Assembly (NCBI GenBank): GCA_964652355.1
Contig: CAZZAZ010000001.1
Location: forward strand, 1 to 39,591
DNA length: 39,591 nt
DNA from: an uncultured Sulfurimonas sp.
Lineage (GTDB): Bacteria > Campylobacterota > Campylobacteria > Campylobacterales > Sulfurimonadaceae
Direction of reading: 5' to 3'
This document shows positions 28,085-36,583 of the stretch, one piece after another. Below the pieces are notes generated by a model. The model did no database searches. It was not told the origin of the DNA and saw only the letters and a program-made list of their open reading frames with translations. How positions within the stretch are numbered: the stretch's first letter is position 1; every line of letters starts with the position of its first letter. Position numbers and translations under genes: made by a program.

Positions 28085-28894
28085 ATGAGTAAATTATTTA
28101 AGGCAAAACACGAACTTTGGTTACACATAAACTTTGCATCATTTGCAATAAATGACGAAGAGATAAAATCAAGACTTTATGACTTCTCACAAATTGCATT
28201 TAGACACATGAAGTGGATAGCAGAGGATGTACTTAAATCTGAAAACAACTATAACTATGACAGAGATATGATGCTTTACAAACGGGATAATGTTTTTGAT
28301 GTTATAGAGGCTCTTGTAAAAGAAACAAAACAAACTATGAAGCTTTATAGTAAAAATATCTTAGGTGAAAGACTAAGAACTGATGATGATTACCTACTAG
28401 AGTATCTATCTCAAGTTTTAAAAAATGAGAAGAACAACCAAGAGATAACTGCTTTTAATATGAAAAGAGAGTGGTTAGACAAAAACCTAGCACAAGACCA
28501 GATAGACGCACTTACTCTATTTTTATTTGAAGAATCATACAAAGAGTACGAGCTGATACTAGTTTATGCATTTATGCAAGCACGCACTGACAATATAACA
28601 CAATTTAACGTTTTTCAAGACCTCATTGATGAATCACACTTTCACCTAAAATCATTTGGAAATATGATGGCAAAACTAGGGATTTTAGCACTTCCAAGAG
28701 AGTTGCATGAACTAACTTACATCATAAAAGATTTAAAACAGTTCGTAACAGATGGGATAGCAGAAGAGGAAGCTGCAAAAGTGATGTGTAAAGAGTTAAG
28801 TGATGCTATAAAAGATGAGGAACTATCTAAGTTTTTTGACTTTATAAACTATCAAGAGTCTTATCATATAGAGTTGATGAAAAAATTACTTTAG
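28085..28894 (+). CDS. Ferritin-like (di-metal carboxylate) protein with two tandem four-helix domains
   Basis: AAGGAG RBS; C-half ligands KEYE, DESHFH, AEEEA and QESYH; N-half is a degenerate copy (KHELWL, AFRHM). Confidence 0.75.
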   Translation: MSKLFKAKHELWLHINFASFAINDEEIKSRLYDFSQIAFRHMKWIAEDVLKSENNYNYDRDMMLYKRDNVFDVIEALVKETKQTMKLYSKNILGERLRTDDDYLLEYLSQVLKNEKNNQEITAFNMKREWLDKNLAQDQIDALTLFLFEESYKEYELILVYAFMQARTDNITQFNVFQDLIDESHFHLKSFGNMMAKLGILALPRELHELTYIIKDLKQFVTDGIAEEEAAKVMCKELSDAIKDEELSKFFDFINYQESYHIELMKKLL

Positions 28895-28932
28895 TCTACT
28901 CTAATTCTAAAAGAATAATTTAAGAAAATACA

Positions 28933-28988
28933 TTAAATGGTGGCTGACACCTTTTTTTTAGTTAAATGGTGGCTGACACCTTTTTTTT
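28933..28988. repeat. Tandem 27-bp exact repeat with palindromic core
   Basis: TTAAATGGTGGCTGACACCTTTTTTTT at 28933-59 and 28962-88; core GGTG-GCTGA-CACC. Confidence 0.95.
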
Positions 28989-28989
28989 T

Positions 28990-29118
28990 GTTTTCTGAAT
29001 CGTATGAGTATGTGGCTATGGTTTGGGAGTTTTGTTTTAACTCTATAAGTCTATTGTTGTAATCATATATAAACTCTTTATCTTTGTAGTTTATTATGTT
29101 TCCGTTTAGGTCATATGC
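28990..29118 (-). pseudogene. Rhs/YD-repeat gene fragment
   Basis: AYDLNGNIINYKDKEFIYDYNNRLIELKQNSQTIATYSYDSEN: three YD repeats with typical spacing; no start codon. Confidence 0.85.
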
Positions 29119-29148
29119 TATTAAATAATAGCCTACATCTTTTTTAAA

Positions 29149-29586
29149 TTATTTTTTTACTTCATCATATAAATTATTTAACAAAATAGTAGTTTTCTCA
29201 CTATAATTATTATCTATTTTAGCAAATTTAATAGATTCTTGAATATCAATGGAGTTTGATTTAATCATATTTAATAACTCCAATCTAAATTCATCTAAAT
29301 AGTTGTTAACTACTTCCCAGACTATATTTTCATCTACACCAAAGTAACCATGTGTAATTTGATTTCTAAAATCCACAATAATTCTATATTCTTTATTTAG
29401 CATATTTGCTTTTAGAAGTTGATTAGTTGCTTCTCCTATTATTTCAAGTTCTCTAATTACAGCATCCCACTCAAGTTCACTATGTAAAAAATCTTGTGCA
29501 TTTATGAATTTTTTTGAATATCTTTTAATCTTATCATAGGCTATAAACATATCAACAATATAAAATTCAACTTCTCTATTAGACAT
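29149..29586 (-). CDS. HepT-like HEPN ribonuclease toxin (DUF86)
   Basis: RELEIIGEA and FRNQITHGYF (RX4HXY) motifs. Confidence 0.92.
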   Translation of the reverse strand: MSNREVEFYIVDMFIAYDKIKRYSKKFINAQDFLHSELEWDAVIRELEIIGEATNQLLKANMLNKEYRIIVDFRNQITHGYFGVDENIVWEVVNNYLDEFRLELLNMIKSNSIDIQESIKFAKIDNNYSEKTTILLNNLYDEVKK

Positions 29587-29863
29587 ATATTATGTCCTTT
29601 TCAATTCTATTACCAATAAATGCTCTAAGATTATTAACAGTTCCTAAATCAACATTTTTTTGAAACTCTTTTTCTAAAAAATATTTTAAATCATAAAACT
29701 TTTTAAATGAAGATGGCATATCTACTAGTATGTCTATATCTGAGCTATCCTTTTGTTCTTCTCTAGCATAACTACCAAAAAGACCTATTTTAAGTACACC
29801 ATAGTTATCTTGTAAATATGATTTTTTATTTCTTAAAAATGTTATTACTTCATTTTTAGTCAT
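29579..29863 (-). CDS. MntA-like minimal nucleotidyltransferase antitoxin
   Basis: LFGSYAR...SDIDILVD (GSX10DXD); 8-nt overlap with the HEPN gene. Confidence 0.93.
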   Translation of the reverse strand: MTKNEVITFLRNKKSYLQDNYGVLKIGLFGSYAREEQKDSSDIDILVDMPSSFKKFYDLKYFLEKEFQKNVDLGTVNNLRAFIGNRIEKDIIYV

Positions 29864-30013
29864 ATTATAGGCCTTTTAGAATTTTATATCATTATTATAA
29901 CAAAAATTATTTTTAATTCAGTCTATAGGTGTAGATTTATTATCATAAATTCTCATTATTTAGAACTAATATACCTAAAATCATAATAATTATTGAATTT
30001 AAATTTTTATACA

Positions 30014-30097
30014 TCAATCAAATACCATTTCAAAGTTTTGGTTTGCATCTTTAATGGTTATTATACCAAAAGAGTTGTAAGAGTAGCTACCTAGTGT
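30014..30097 (-). pseudogene. Possible second Rhs/YD fragment
   Basis: TLGSYSYNSFGIITIKDANQNFEMVFD*; YSYNSFG resembles Rhs YxYDAFG; no start. Confidence 0.4.
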
Positions 30098-30179
30098 CTT
30101 TCACCGTTGTATGTACTTATTTAGATATACATAAGTGAAAATTCACCCCACCCACGAGGAGTATTTTGTGATGTAGTTT

Positions 30180-30518
30180 CTACTGTGTAGCAATTTTTTT
30201 ATGTAAAGTTTGTTGTACAAAAGCATTTAATGACATACCTGCTTTTAGTGCTTCTTTATATATTTTTTTGTGAAGTTCTGGGTCTATTCTAACATTGAAA
30301 ACACCCTTATAAACTTTTTGTGGTTCACGGTTTAACTCTCTACATGTAGAGATATAGTCATCTACAACTGTATGAAAATTATCCTCAAGTTCATCAGCAG
30401 AAGTCGCTTCAAAAGTAACCAAATCATCAATCATTTCTAGTTTACCGAAAAAGCATTTATCTTCTGAAGAGTATTCTATACTTCCGATATATCCTTTATA
30501 CTCAATAGTATTAGACAT
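30180..30518 (-). CDS. hicB: HicB antitoxin
   Basis: YKGYIGSIEY, VDDY...C and GVFNVRIDPELH...A...SLN (RHH domain). Confidence 0.93.
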   Translation of the reverse strand: MSNTIEYKGYIGSIEYSSEDKCFFGKLEMIDDLVTFEATSADELEDNFHTVVDDYISTCRELNREPQKVYKGVFNVRIDPELHKKIYKEALKAGMSLNAFVQQTLHKKIATQ

Positions 30519-30763
30519 TATAAATCCTTTAGTTTTATTTGTATTTGTTTTACTATGTAAACTTTCAATACATCACTTGGATGTGGCTTATGTAAGTTTA
30601 TCAAGTTATCTGATTTTTCATTGTAAAATTTTACAGCCGAACCAGCACACTCTACCTTTACATACCCAAAAGCAATTAGTAACGTTTCCAACTCACTAAA
30701 AGTCAAGTCTCTTTTTATAGGAGTTTGTAAAAATTTTCTTAAAAGCTTTTCCTTTTTACTCAT
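30518..30763 (-). CDS. hicA: HicA toxin
   Basis: TFSELETLL..FG, GS.V.F and LHKPHP; TAATG overlap with hicB. Confidence 0.92.
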   Translation of the reverse strand: MSKKEKLLRKFLQTPIKRDLTFSELETLLIAFGYVKVECAGSAVKFYNEKSDNLINLHKPHPSDVLKVYIVKQIQIKLKDL

Positions 30764-30769
30764 ATCATC

Positions 30770-30798
30770 ATGATACCACTTTTCAGTTACAAAGTCAA
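30770..30798 (-). promoter_or_regulatory. Sigma70 promoter of hicAB
   Basis: TTGACT (30798-93), 17-nt spacer ending TGG, TATCAT (30775-70); ATG 6 nt downstream. Confidence 0.75.
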
Positions 30799-30815
30799 AT
30801 TTACTGTAAAGCCTT

Positions 30816-31574
30816 TTATTTAAAATCGTTTTTTAATTTTGTCCATAAAATTCCTATATATTCATGAACAGCAATTTGTGACTTCATAAAGCTTTCTATA
30901 TCTGGTGCATCAAAATATGTATCTATCTTTTTTTTATAAAAGTTTGTAGGTGCTGGTATGGGATGTAAACCAAGTGATTCAAATAACATCATAGAGCGTG
31001 GCATATGAGTAGCTGATGTAACTAGAATAAAAGGCTCTTTACCAACTATAGTTTTACTAAACAAGGCTTCTTCTTTTGTATCTTTTGGCTTAGAGTTTAT
31101 AATTAAATTATTTTTATTTATACCAAGCGACAAGGCTAACTTTTTATTAATTTTTGCATTAGATATACTTGTATTACCTGCATATCCTGTAAATATTATT
31201 TTTGTTTTAGGCATAGTTTTATGGATTAAAATTCCTTCTAAATCTCTTTTGATACTTGCTGAACTTATCTGTGAAGACAAAGGTTGAGAGTCATCATCAT
31301 TGTGACCGGAGCCAAGTACATGTATATACTTTACCTTATTTGTAAGACTATATTTTGGGTATTGATTTTCTAAGTTAGATATTAAAAAGTTTGCAAAAGG
31401 TGGATATGCAAATAAAAACAACAATGTAAAACTGATAAAAAGAGATCTCTTTGCTTGTGTATATTTGTTTAAAAATAAAAAATACAAACCTATAAAAAAT
31501 AATGAAAATACTATGCCATATGGCTCTACAAAAAAAGTTATAAATTTCTTTAAAACAAACTCAAAATCACTCAT
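30816..31574 (-). CDS. ElyC/YdcF (DUF218) family protein
   Basis: Two N-terminal TMs, VLGSG, DTKEEA, LVTSATHMPRS and HEYIG. Start placed at ATG 31574 (GGAG RBS) rather than TTG 31586. Confidence 0.9.
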   Translation of the reverse strand: MSDFEFVLKKFITFFVEPYGIVFSLFFIGLYFLFLNKYTQAKRSLFISFTLLFLFAYPPFANFLISNLENQYPKYSLTNKVKYIHVLGSGHNDDDSQPLSSQISSASIKRDLEGILIHKTMPKTKIIFTGYAGNTSISNAKINKKLALSLGINKNNLIINSKPKDTKEEALFSKTIVGKEPFILVTSATHMPRSMMLFESLGLHPIPAPTNFYKKKIDTYFDAPDIESFMKSQIAVHEYIGILWTKLKNDFK

Positions 31575-31640
31575 AAAAAACTCCAATAGATTAATTTAAA
31601 AATTATAGTATAATTCCAATAATTATTAGCAGGATATTAT

Positions 31641-32375
31641 ATGCAAACTTTCGGAATTTTTTCAACAGAGATAGGTCACGTTTATTTAACTAAACAATAC
31701 GTTTATATACAAGAAGAAGATGAAGTTATTGACTCTAAACATTTAGAGATGATGCTTAAGAAAAAAAGTAAAAATGTAGCTGGTACTATATTTTTATTTA
31801 ACCCAACTATTGCACCTATTGGGTATAGTACAGACACACCACTAGATGAGCAAGAGTTTGAGGATTTTGATAAATTTGTTGAGTTAGAGTTTGACAGAAA
31901 CTGTATACTTTTTGCAGCTGCATTAAAAGATGGTTACCGTGGAAAACTAGTAGAGATTAAATACCTTTTTAACTATAACAAAGCAGATATAGAGCCAACA
32001 CCTATCATGGAAGAGTTTGATGCAGACTTAGATAGATTTACAAGTGGACAACTAACACGTTACAAAAAAGAGTTGAACTATCAAGACTACACAAACCTTA
32101 GTCTAAATGGTAAGTTTGTATTTTTTGCCTCTGGAAACAAGTATGACAGACATCATAAATCAATCATTCACTATGCTAGAGCACTATCAGCTGCAGCGAA
32201 AAAACTAGGTAAAGAGATAGTGTTTATGCACGATAGAAACTATGATGAAGATGAGAGTAAAGAGGTAGCGTACTTCTTACCGGCTTTAGCTCATGGAAAA
32301 CTAAGAGATATTAGAGCAAATGCCGTAAAAAGAGCATTTGCTACAAACCCTCCACAAATTCAGAGACTAGGGTAA
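31641..32375 (+). CDS. Hypothetical cytoplasmic protein
   Basis: 244 aa; AGGA RBS and upstream TATAAT; no confident family. Confidence 0.75.
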   Translation: MQTFGIFSTEIGHVYLTKQYVYIQEEDEVIDSKHLEMMLKKKSKNVAGTIFLFNPTIAPIGYSTDTPLDEQEFEDFDKFVELEFDRNCILFAAALKDGYRGKLVEIKYLFNYNKADIEPTPIMEEFDADLDRFTSGQLTRYKKELNYQDYTNLSLNGKFVFFASGNKYDRHHKSIIHYARALSAAAKKLGKEIVFMHDRNYDEDESKEVAYFLPALAHGKLRDIRANAVKRAFATNPPQIQRLG

Positions 32376-32379
32376 TTCC

Positions 32380-34341
32380 CTAGTCTATCTTTTCGCTTGG
32401 CTTACCAAAGTAGTAACCTTGTGCATAATCAACATCTAACTCTTTAATCTTATCAAACACATCTTTTGAGTGAACAAACTCTGCAATAGTCTGAATATTC
32501 ATCTTTTTCGCAAAATCAACTATTGTTTGTGTAATCATTTTTGATTTATTATCTACATCTATATTTTTTATCATAGAACCATCTATCTTTATATAATCAA
32601 CTTTTAACTTCATAAGATACTCAAAATTTGAATACCCTGTACCAAAGTCATCTATAGATATTTTAACTCCATACTTTTTCACATCATCAATAAACTCTAA
32701 AACTTGATCAAAGTTTTCAATACCTTCTGATTCTATGATTTCAAATACTACATTTTCACTTATCGGGGAAGAGTTTAACTTATACATTATAAAATCGTAA
32801 ATATTTTTATTTAAAATATCTTCAACTGATACATTGATAGATACTTTATAATCTAAGTCTTTAAACCTATCTAGTGTTTTTTCTATCATAATTTTTGTAA
32901 GCTGATGATAGAGCTTATTTTTCTTAGCAAGTTCTAAAAAATGGATTGGAGCTATATGTGATTCATCATCATCAATAATACGCATAAGTGCTTCAAACTT
33001 CACTATTTTGTTTGTTTTAACATCCACAATAGGTTGAAAAACTGGTATAACTTTGTTATTATCTATCGCATCTTTTAATTTTTTTGTCCATTTAAGATTT
33101 TTGTCATACTCTTTTGTCATCCCCATTGATTCATCATAAATAACAAAGTTGTTTTTATTTTTCTTAGCTATTCTTAATGCCATATCAGCATTTGCTAAAA
33201 GTAAGTCAGAACCATAACTCATACCAATAGATACAGATAAACTTACCTCATGAGACTCATCTATCTTAAATATTTTTCTTGAAATATTATCACTTATAAG
33301 GGAAGCAAAAAGCTCAAACTCATGAAGATCTATCTCATTATTACAGATATAAGCGAACTCATCAGAATGAAGTCTATATATACCACCTTCACTTCTGATA
33401 ATTACACGTAAATAAGATGCAAACTCTTTTAAAACTTTATCTCCAACCTCTTCACCGTACAAGTCATTTATCTCTTGAAATGAATCAATATTTATAATCA
33501 TTAAAAATATATTTTTTCTAAGTTCTAATAATTCTGTCAGTTTTCTTCTATTTTCTAAACCTGTTAAAGTATCATAGTAAAATTGATGCTCAATAGAGTC
33601 AAGCATATTGTTAAAAACACTTTTTATAGAATCTAACTCCACGATATTATCATCAATCTCAACTCTTTTTGTCATATCTTTAGAGTTCGTTATATTTATA
33701 ATGACGCTAGAGAACTTTTTGATTGGATTAATTAGATGTTTATTTAATTTTAAAAAAATTATAAGAAAGATTGTAAAAGAAAAAACAACTAAAAAGACAA
33801 TAAAAAAGTTTATAAACTCAGATAATGATATTTTCAACTCTTCTACAGGGTACGATACGTCTATAACACCTAGGACATCATCAACATGAGCATTTGAATG
33901 ACAACTAAGACAATCATTTGTAGCGACTACAGGGTAATAGTACTGGATAAAATCAACATTTGATATGTTTAGAAGCTCTTTACCACGCATAGCTATTTTC
34001 ACATTTTTGTCAGTATTTCGTTTGTACTTATCATTCATAATTTCACCATATAAAGAGGCTACCACTTCACTTCTATATACTGAAATTTTTAGGTTTTCAT
34101 TAACTTTATTTAATCTACTTATTATTTCGTTTAAATCTTCTTTATTCCATCCTCTTTGCATAGCAGAGTACAAGGTTTCAAAGACTAGCATACTTGTTTT
34201 TTTAGCATCAACTTGAGCTAAATTTGTAATGGCATTTTTTTTGAGGTATTCACCATACACAATCGCTGATAGAAGCGTAAAGATTAGAGTTGTAGCTATA
34301 ATTTTTGCAGTTATTTTTGTATATGATGTTTTTTTCTTCAT
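32380..34341 (-). CDS. Membrane-bound GGDEF-EAL protein with periplasmic CxxCH (DUF3365-like) sensor and HAMP
   Basis: TM, CLSCH, TM, HAMP, degenerate HSDEF, then EAL domain (FEALMR, DDFGTGYS, KIDGS, QGYY). Confidence 0.9.
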   Translation of the reverse strand: MKKKTSYTKITAKIIATTLIFTLLSAIVYGEYLKKNAITNLAQVDAKKTSMLVFETLYSAMQRGWNKEDLNEIISRLNKVNENLKISVYRSEVVASLYGEIMNDKYKRNTDKNVKIAMRGKELLNISNVDFIQYYYPVVATNDCLSCHSNAHVDDVLGVIDVSYPVEELKISLSEFINFFIVFLVVFSFTIFLIIFLKLNKHLINPIKKFSSVIINITNSKDMTKRVEIDDNIVELDSIKSVFNNMLDSIEHQFYYDTLTGLENRRKLTELLELRKNIFLMIINIDSFQEINDLYGEEVGDKVLKEFASYLRVIIRSEGGIYRLHSDEFAYICNNEIDLHEFELFASLISDNISRKIFKIDESHEVSLSVSIGMSYGSDLLLANADMALRIAKKNKNNFVIYDESMGMTKEYDKNLKWTKKLKDAIDNNKVIPVFQPIVDVKTNKIVKFEALMRIIDDDESHIAPIHFLELAKKNKLYHQLTKIMIEKTLDRFKDLDYKVSINVSVEDILNKNIYDFIMYKLNSSPISENVVFEIIESEGIENFDQVLEFIDDVKKYGVKISIDDFGTGYSNFEYLMKLKVDYIKIDGSMIKNIDVDNKSKMITQTIVDFAKKMNIQTIAEFVHSKDVFDKIKELDVDYAQGYYFGKPSEKID

Positions 34342-34402
34342 AAATTTCCATTATTTAAACTAATTTCCATTTGAGTTTATAATAATAGTTGTTATAAAGA
34401 GA

Positions 34403-36418
34403 TTAAATACTAACCTCTTTAATATCTGCAATTTTGAGGATACTTTTATAAATAGATGCTACTAAAGATTTTCTGTTATTTTTAACAGCTTCATCTTCGG
34501 CATTTACCATTACATATTCAAAAAACTTATCTAGCTCTGGCTTAAGACCAAGCAAAGTATCTAACTCCTCTTCATAAGAAGCATAGGTTTTTTCACTAAT
34601 TTCAGAATATTTAGTAAAAAGTATCTTTTCAGCATCTTCTTCAAACAGTGATGTATCAACTTTCATATCAACAGATAAATCAATATCTTTAGTTATATTT
34701 GCCACACGTTTAAAAGTTGAAAAAGCTTCCGCAAAACCTTCAGAGTTTACCATAGCATCAAGTGCAGATATTTTTTCACTTATTGCCAGTAGTTCTCTTT
34801 CCCCAGTTACAAGTACAGCTTCTATTACCGATGCATTTACTTTAAAGTACTGTTTTACACGCTCTAAGAAAAAGCTTTCGAACTTTTGCATATCGATTGC
34901 TTCATATCCACTTGCTAACTCTTTCACCGTAGAAACTATATCGAACTCTAAGTTATGCTCTTCACATATTTTCATCATACCATTCACTGCACGACGAAGT
35001 GCAAATGGATCACGAGAACCTGTTGGGATTTGATTTACAGAAAATAGACCAAGAAGAGTATCTAGTTTGATACTCATAGCAACTATTGCGCTCATCTTTG
35101 AAGATGGTAAATCACTATCTTCACCATCTGGAAGATACTGCTCTTTTATAGCAATAGCTACCTCTTGACTTTCACCAGATTCTAGTGCATAGTAATATCC
35201 CATAAGACCTTGAAGCTCTGTAAACTCATAAACCATCTCACTCATCAAGTCAGCTTTTGCAAGTTCTAGTGCACGATTAAGTGACGAGGTATCTTCTAGT
35301 TTATATTTTTCAGCTAAAGTATTTGCTATCTTTGTCTCACGAACTATCTTATCTTTAACGCTTCCAAGACCTTTAAAAAATGCAACTTTTTCAAGCCCAT
35401 CTGTACTTAAACCATTTTTCAAATCATTATCATAGAAGAAAAGACCATCAGCTAGACGAGGACGAAGAACAGTCTCGTTACCTTCGATAACTTTAGAAAA
35501 GTCATCAGTTAAAGCATTAGAAACTACACAAAACTTGTTAATTAACTTGCCATCTTTAAAAACCGGAAAATATCTTTGATGCTCTTTCATTGAAGTGATG
35601 ATAACTTCAGGTGGTAGTCTTAAAAAAGCTTCATCAAAAGAACCTAAAAGTGCTGTTGGATTTTCAGTTATAGCAACAACTTCGTCAAGTAAGTCTTCAT
35701 CTATCTCAATTTTTACAGCAGAACTTGATTCAAGAGCTTTAAAATCATTAAGTATCTTTTCACGTCTTTCATCTTGAAAAAGTGAAACACCACCACTTTT
35801 TAAAACTTCAAAGTACTCTTTTGCTCCAGCAATCTCAACTGCATCAAAATTACTAATACGGTGAAGGAAAGTTTTTTTAGATGATTTTACACCAAAAAGT
35901 TCAACATCAACAAGTTTATCTCCCATCATAACATTTACCCAACGAATAGGACGAATAAAGCTCTCAGAGTTACTACCCCATCTCATAGCCTTACCAAATA
36001 CAAGAGACTTTACCCAAGTGTTAATCATATCTGATAAAAGTTCAGTTGATTTTTTTCCCTTTATCTCTTTTTTAAAGTAAAGGACATCTTTACCGCCTTT
36101 TTGTGCTGTGCCAATCTCTGAAAGTTCTACTCCACATTTTTTAGCAAAACCATTCGCAGCTGGTGTTGGCTCTCCATCTTTATATGCTACAGCTAAAGGT
36201 GCACCAAACAACTCTTCAACACTATCAGCCTGAGAAGTAGCAAATTCTCTGTGCCAAATTACCAAACGACGAGGCGTATAGTAGAATTCAAATTCACATA
36301 AAAGTGAGTTTTTTTCTAAAACATCTGCATATTTTTTCTCAATATTTTTTAGCTCTTTTAAAAGTGGAACTGCCGGAAGCTCTTCAACACCGATTTCTAT
36401 AAGTAATGGTTTTAACAT
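34403..36418 (-). CDS. glyS: Glycine--tRNA ligase beta subunit
   Basis: EIGVEELP, TPRRL, MRWG, FIRPIRW, EFTELQG and GSRDPFALRR motifs. Confidence 0.97.
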   Translation of the reverse strand: MLKPLLIEIGVEELPAVPLLKELKNIEKKYADVLEKNSLLCEFEFYYTPRRLVIWHREFATSQADSVEELFGAPLAVAYKDGEPTPAANGFAKKCGVELSEIGTAQKGGKDVLYFKKEIKGKKSTELLSDMINTWVKSLVFGKAMRWGSNSESFIRPIRWVNVMMGDKLVDVELFGVKSSKKTFLHRISNFDAVEIAGAKEYFEVLKSGGVSLFQDERREKILNDFKALESSSAVKIEIDEDLLDEVVAITENPTALLGSFDEAFLRLPPEVIITSMKEHQRYFPVFKDGKLINKFCVVSNALTDDFSKVIEGNETVLRPRLADGLFFYDNDLKNGLSTDGLEKVAFFKGLGSVKDKIVRETKIANTLAEKYKLEDTSSLNRALELAKADLMSEMVYEFTELQGLMGYYYALESGESQEVAIAIKEQYLPDGEDSDLPSSKMSAIVAMSIKLDTLLGLFSVNQIPTGSRDPFALRRAVNGMMKICEEHNLEFDIVSTVKELASGYEAIDMQKFESFFLERVKQYFKVNASVIEAVLVTGERELLAISEKISALDAMVNSEGFAEAFSTFKRVANITKDIDLSVDMKVDTSLFEEDAEKILFTKYSEISEKTYASYEEELDTLLGLKPELDKFFEYVMVNAEDEAVKNNRKSLVASIYKSILKIADIKEVSI

Positions 36419-36583
36419 ATATGGACTCTTTTATATTATATTATCGCGATTTTATCCTTTGTTTGGTTAAAAACTAATAAATTAAAAATTTCTTAAACAA
36501 GATAAATAAACTCTTACTTAGGTTTTAACATTAATAAAGAGTAGTTACAATATCGCAATTAAAACAAAACACAAGGATTAAAT

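Noticed and set aside
28933-28988. Tandem palindromic repeat as a CRISPR array
   Set aside because: Only two units separated by 2 nt, no spacer, no cas genes.
23161-30810. Prophage or ICE interpretation of the accessory region
   Set aside because: No integrase, relaxase, replication or virion genes.
34343-34371. 10-bp direct repeat AATTTCCATT upstream of the haem-EAL gene
   Set aside because: Short and AT-rich; one copy overlaps the ribosome-binding region; plausible by chance.
36510-36545. ACTCTT...AAGAGT inverted repeat upstream of superoxide reductase as a PerR/Fur site
   Set aside because: Only 6-bp arms with a long spacer and no clear match to Fur or PerR consensus.
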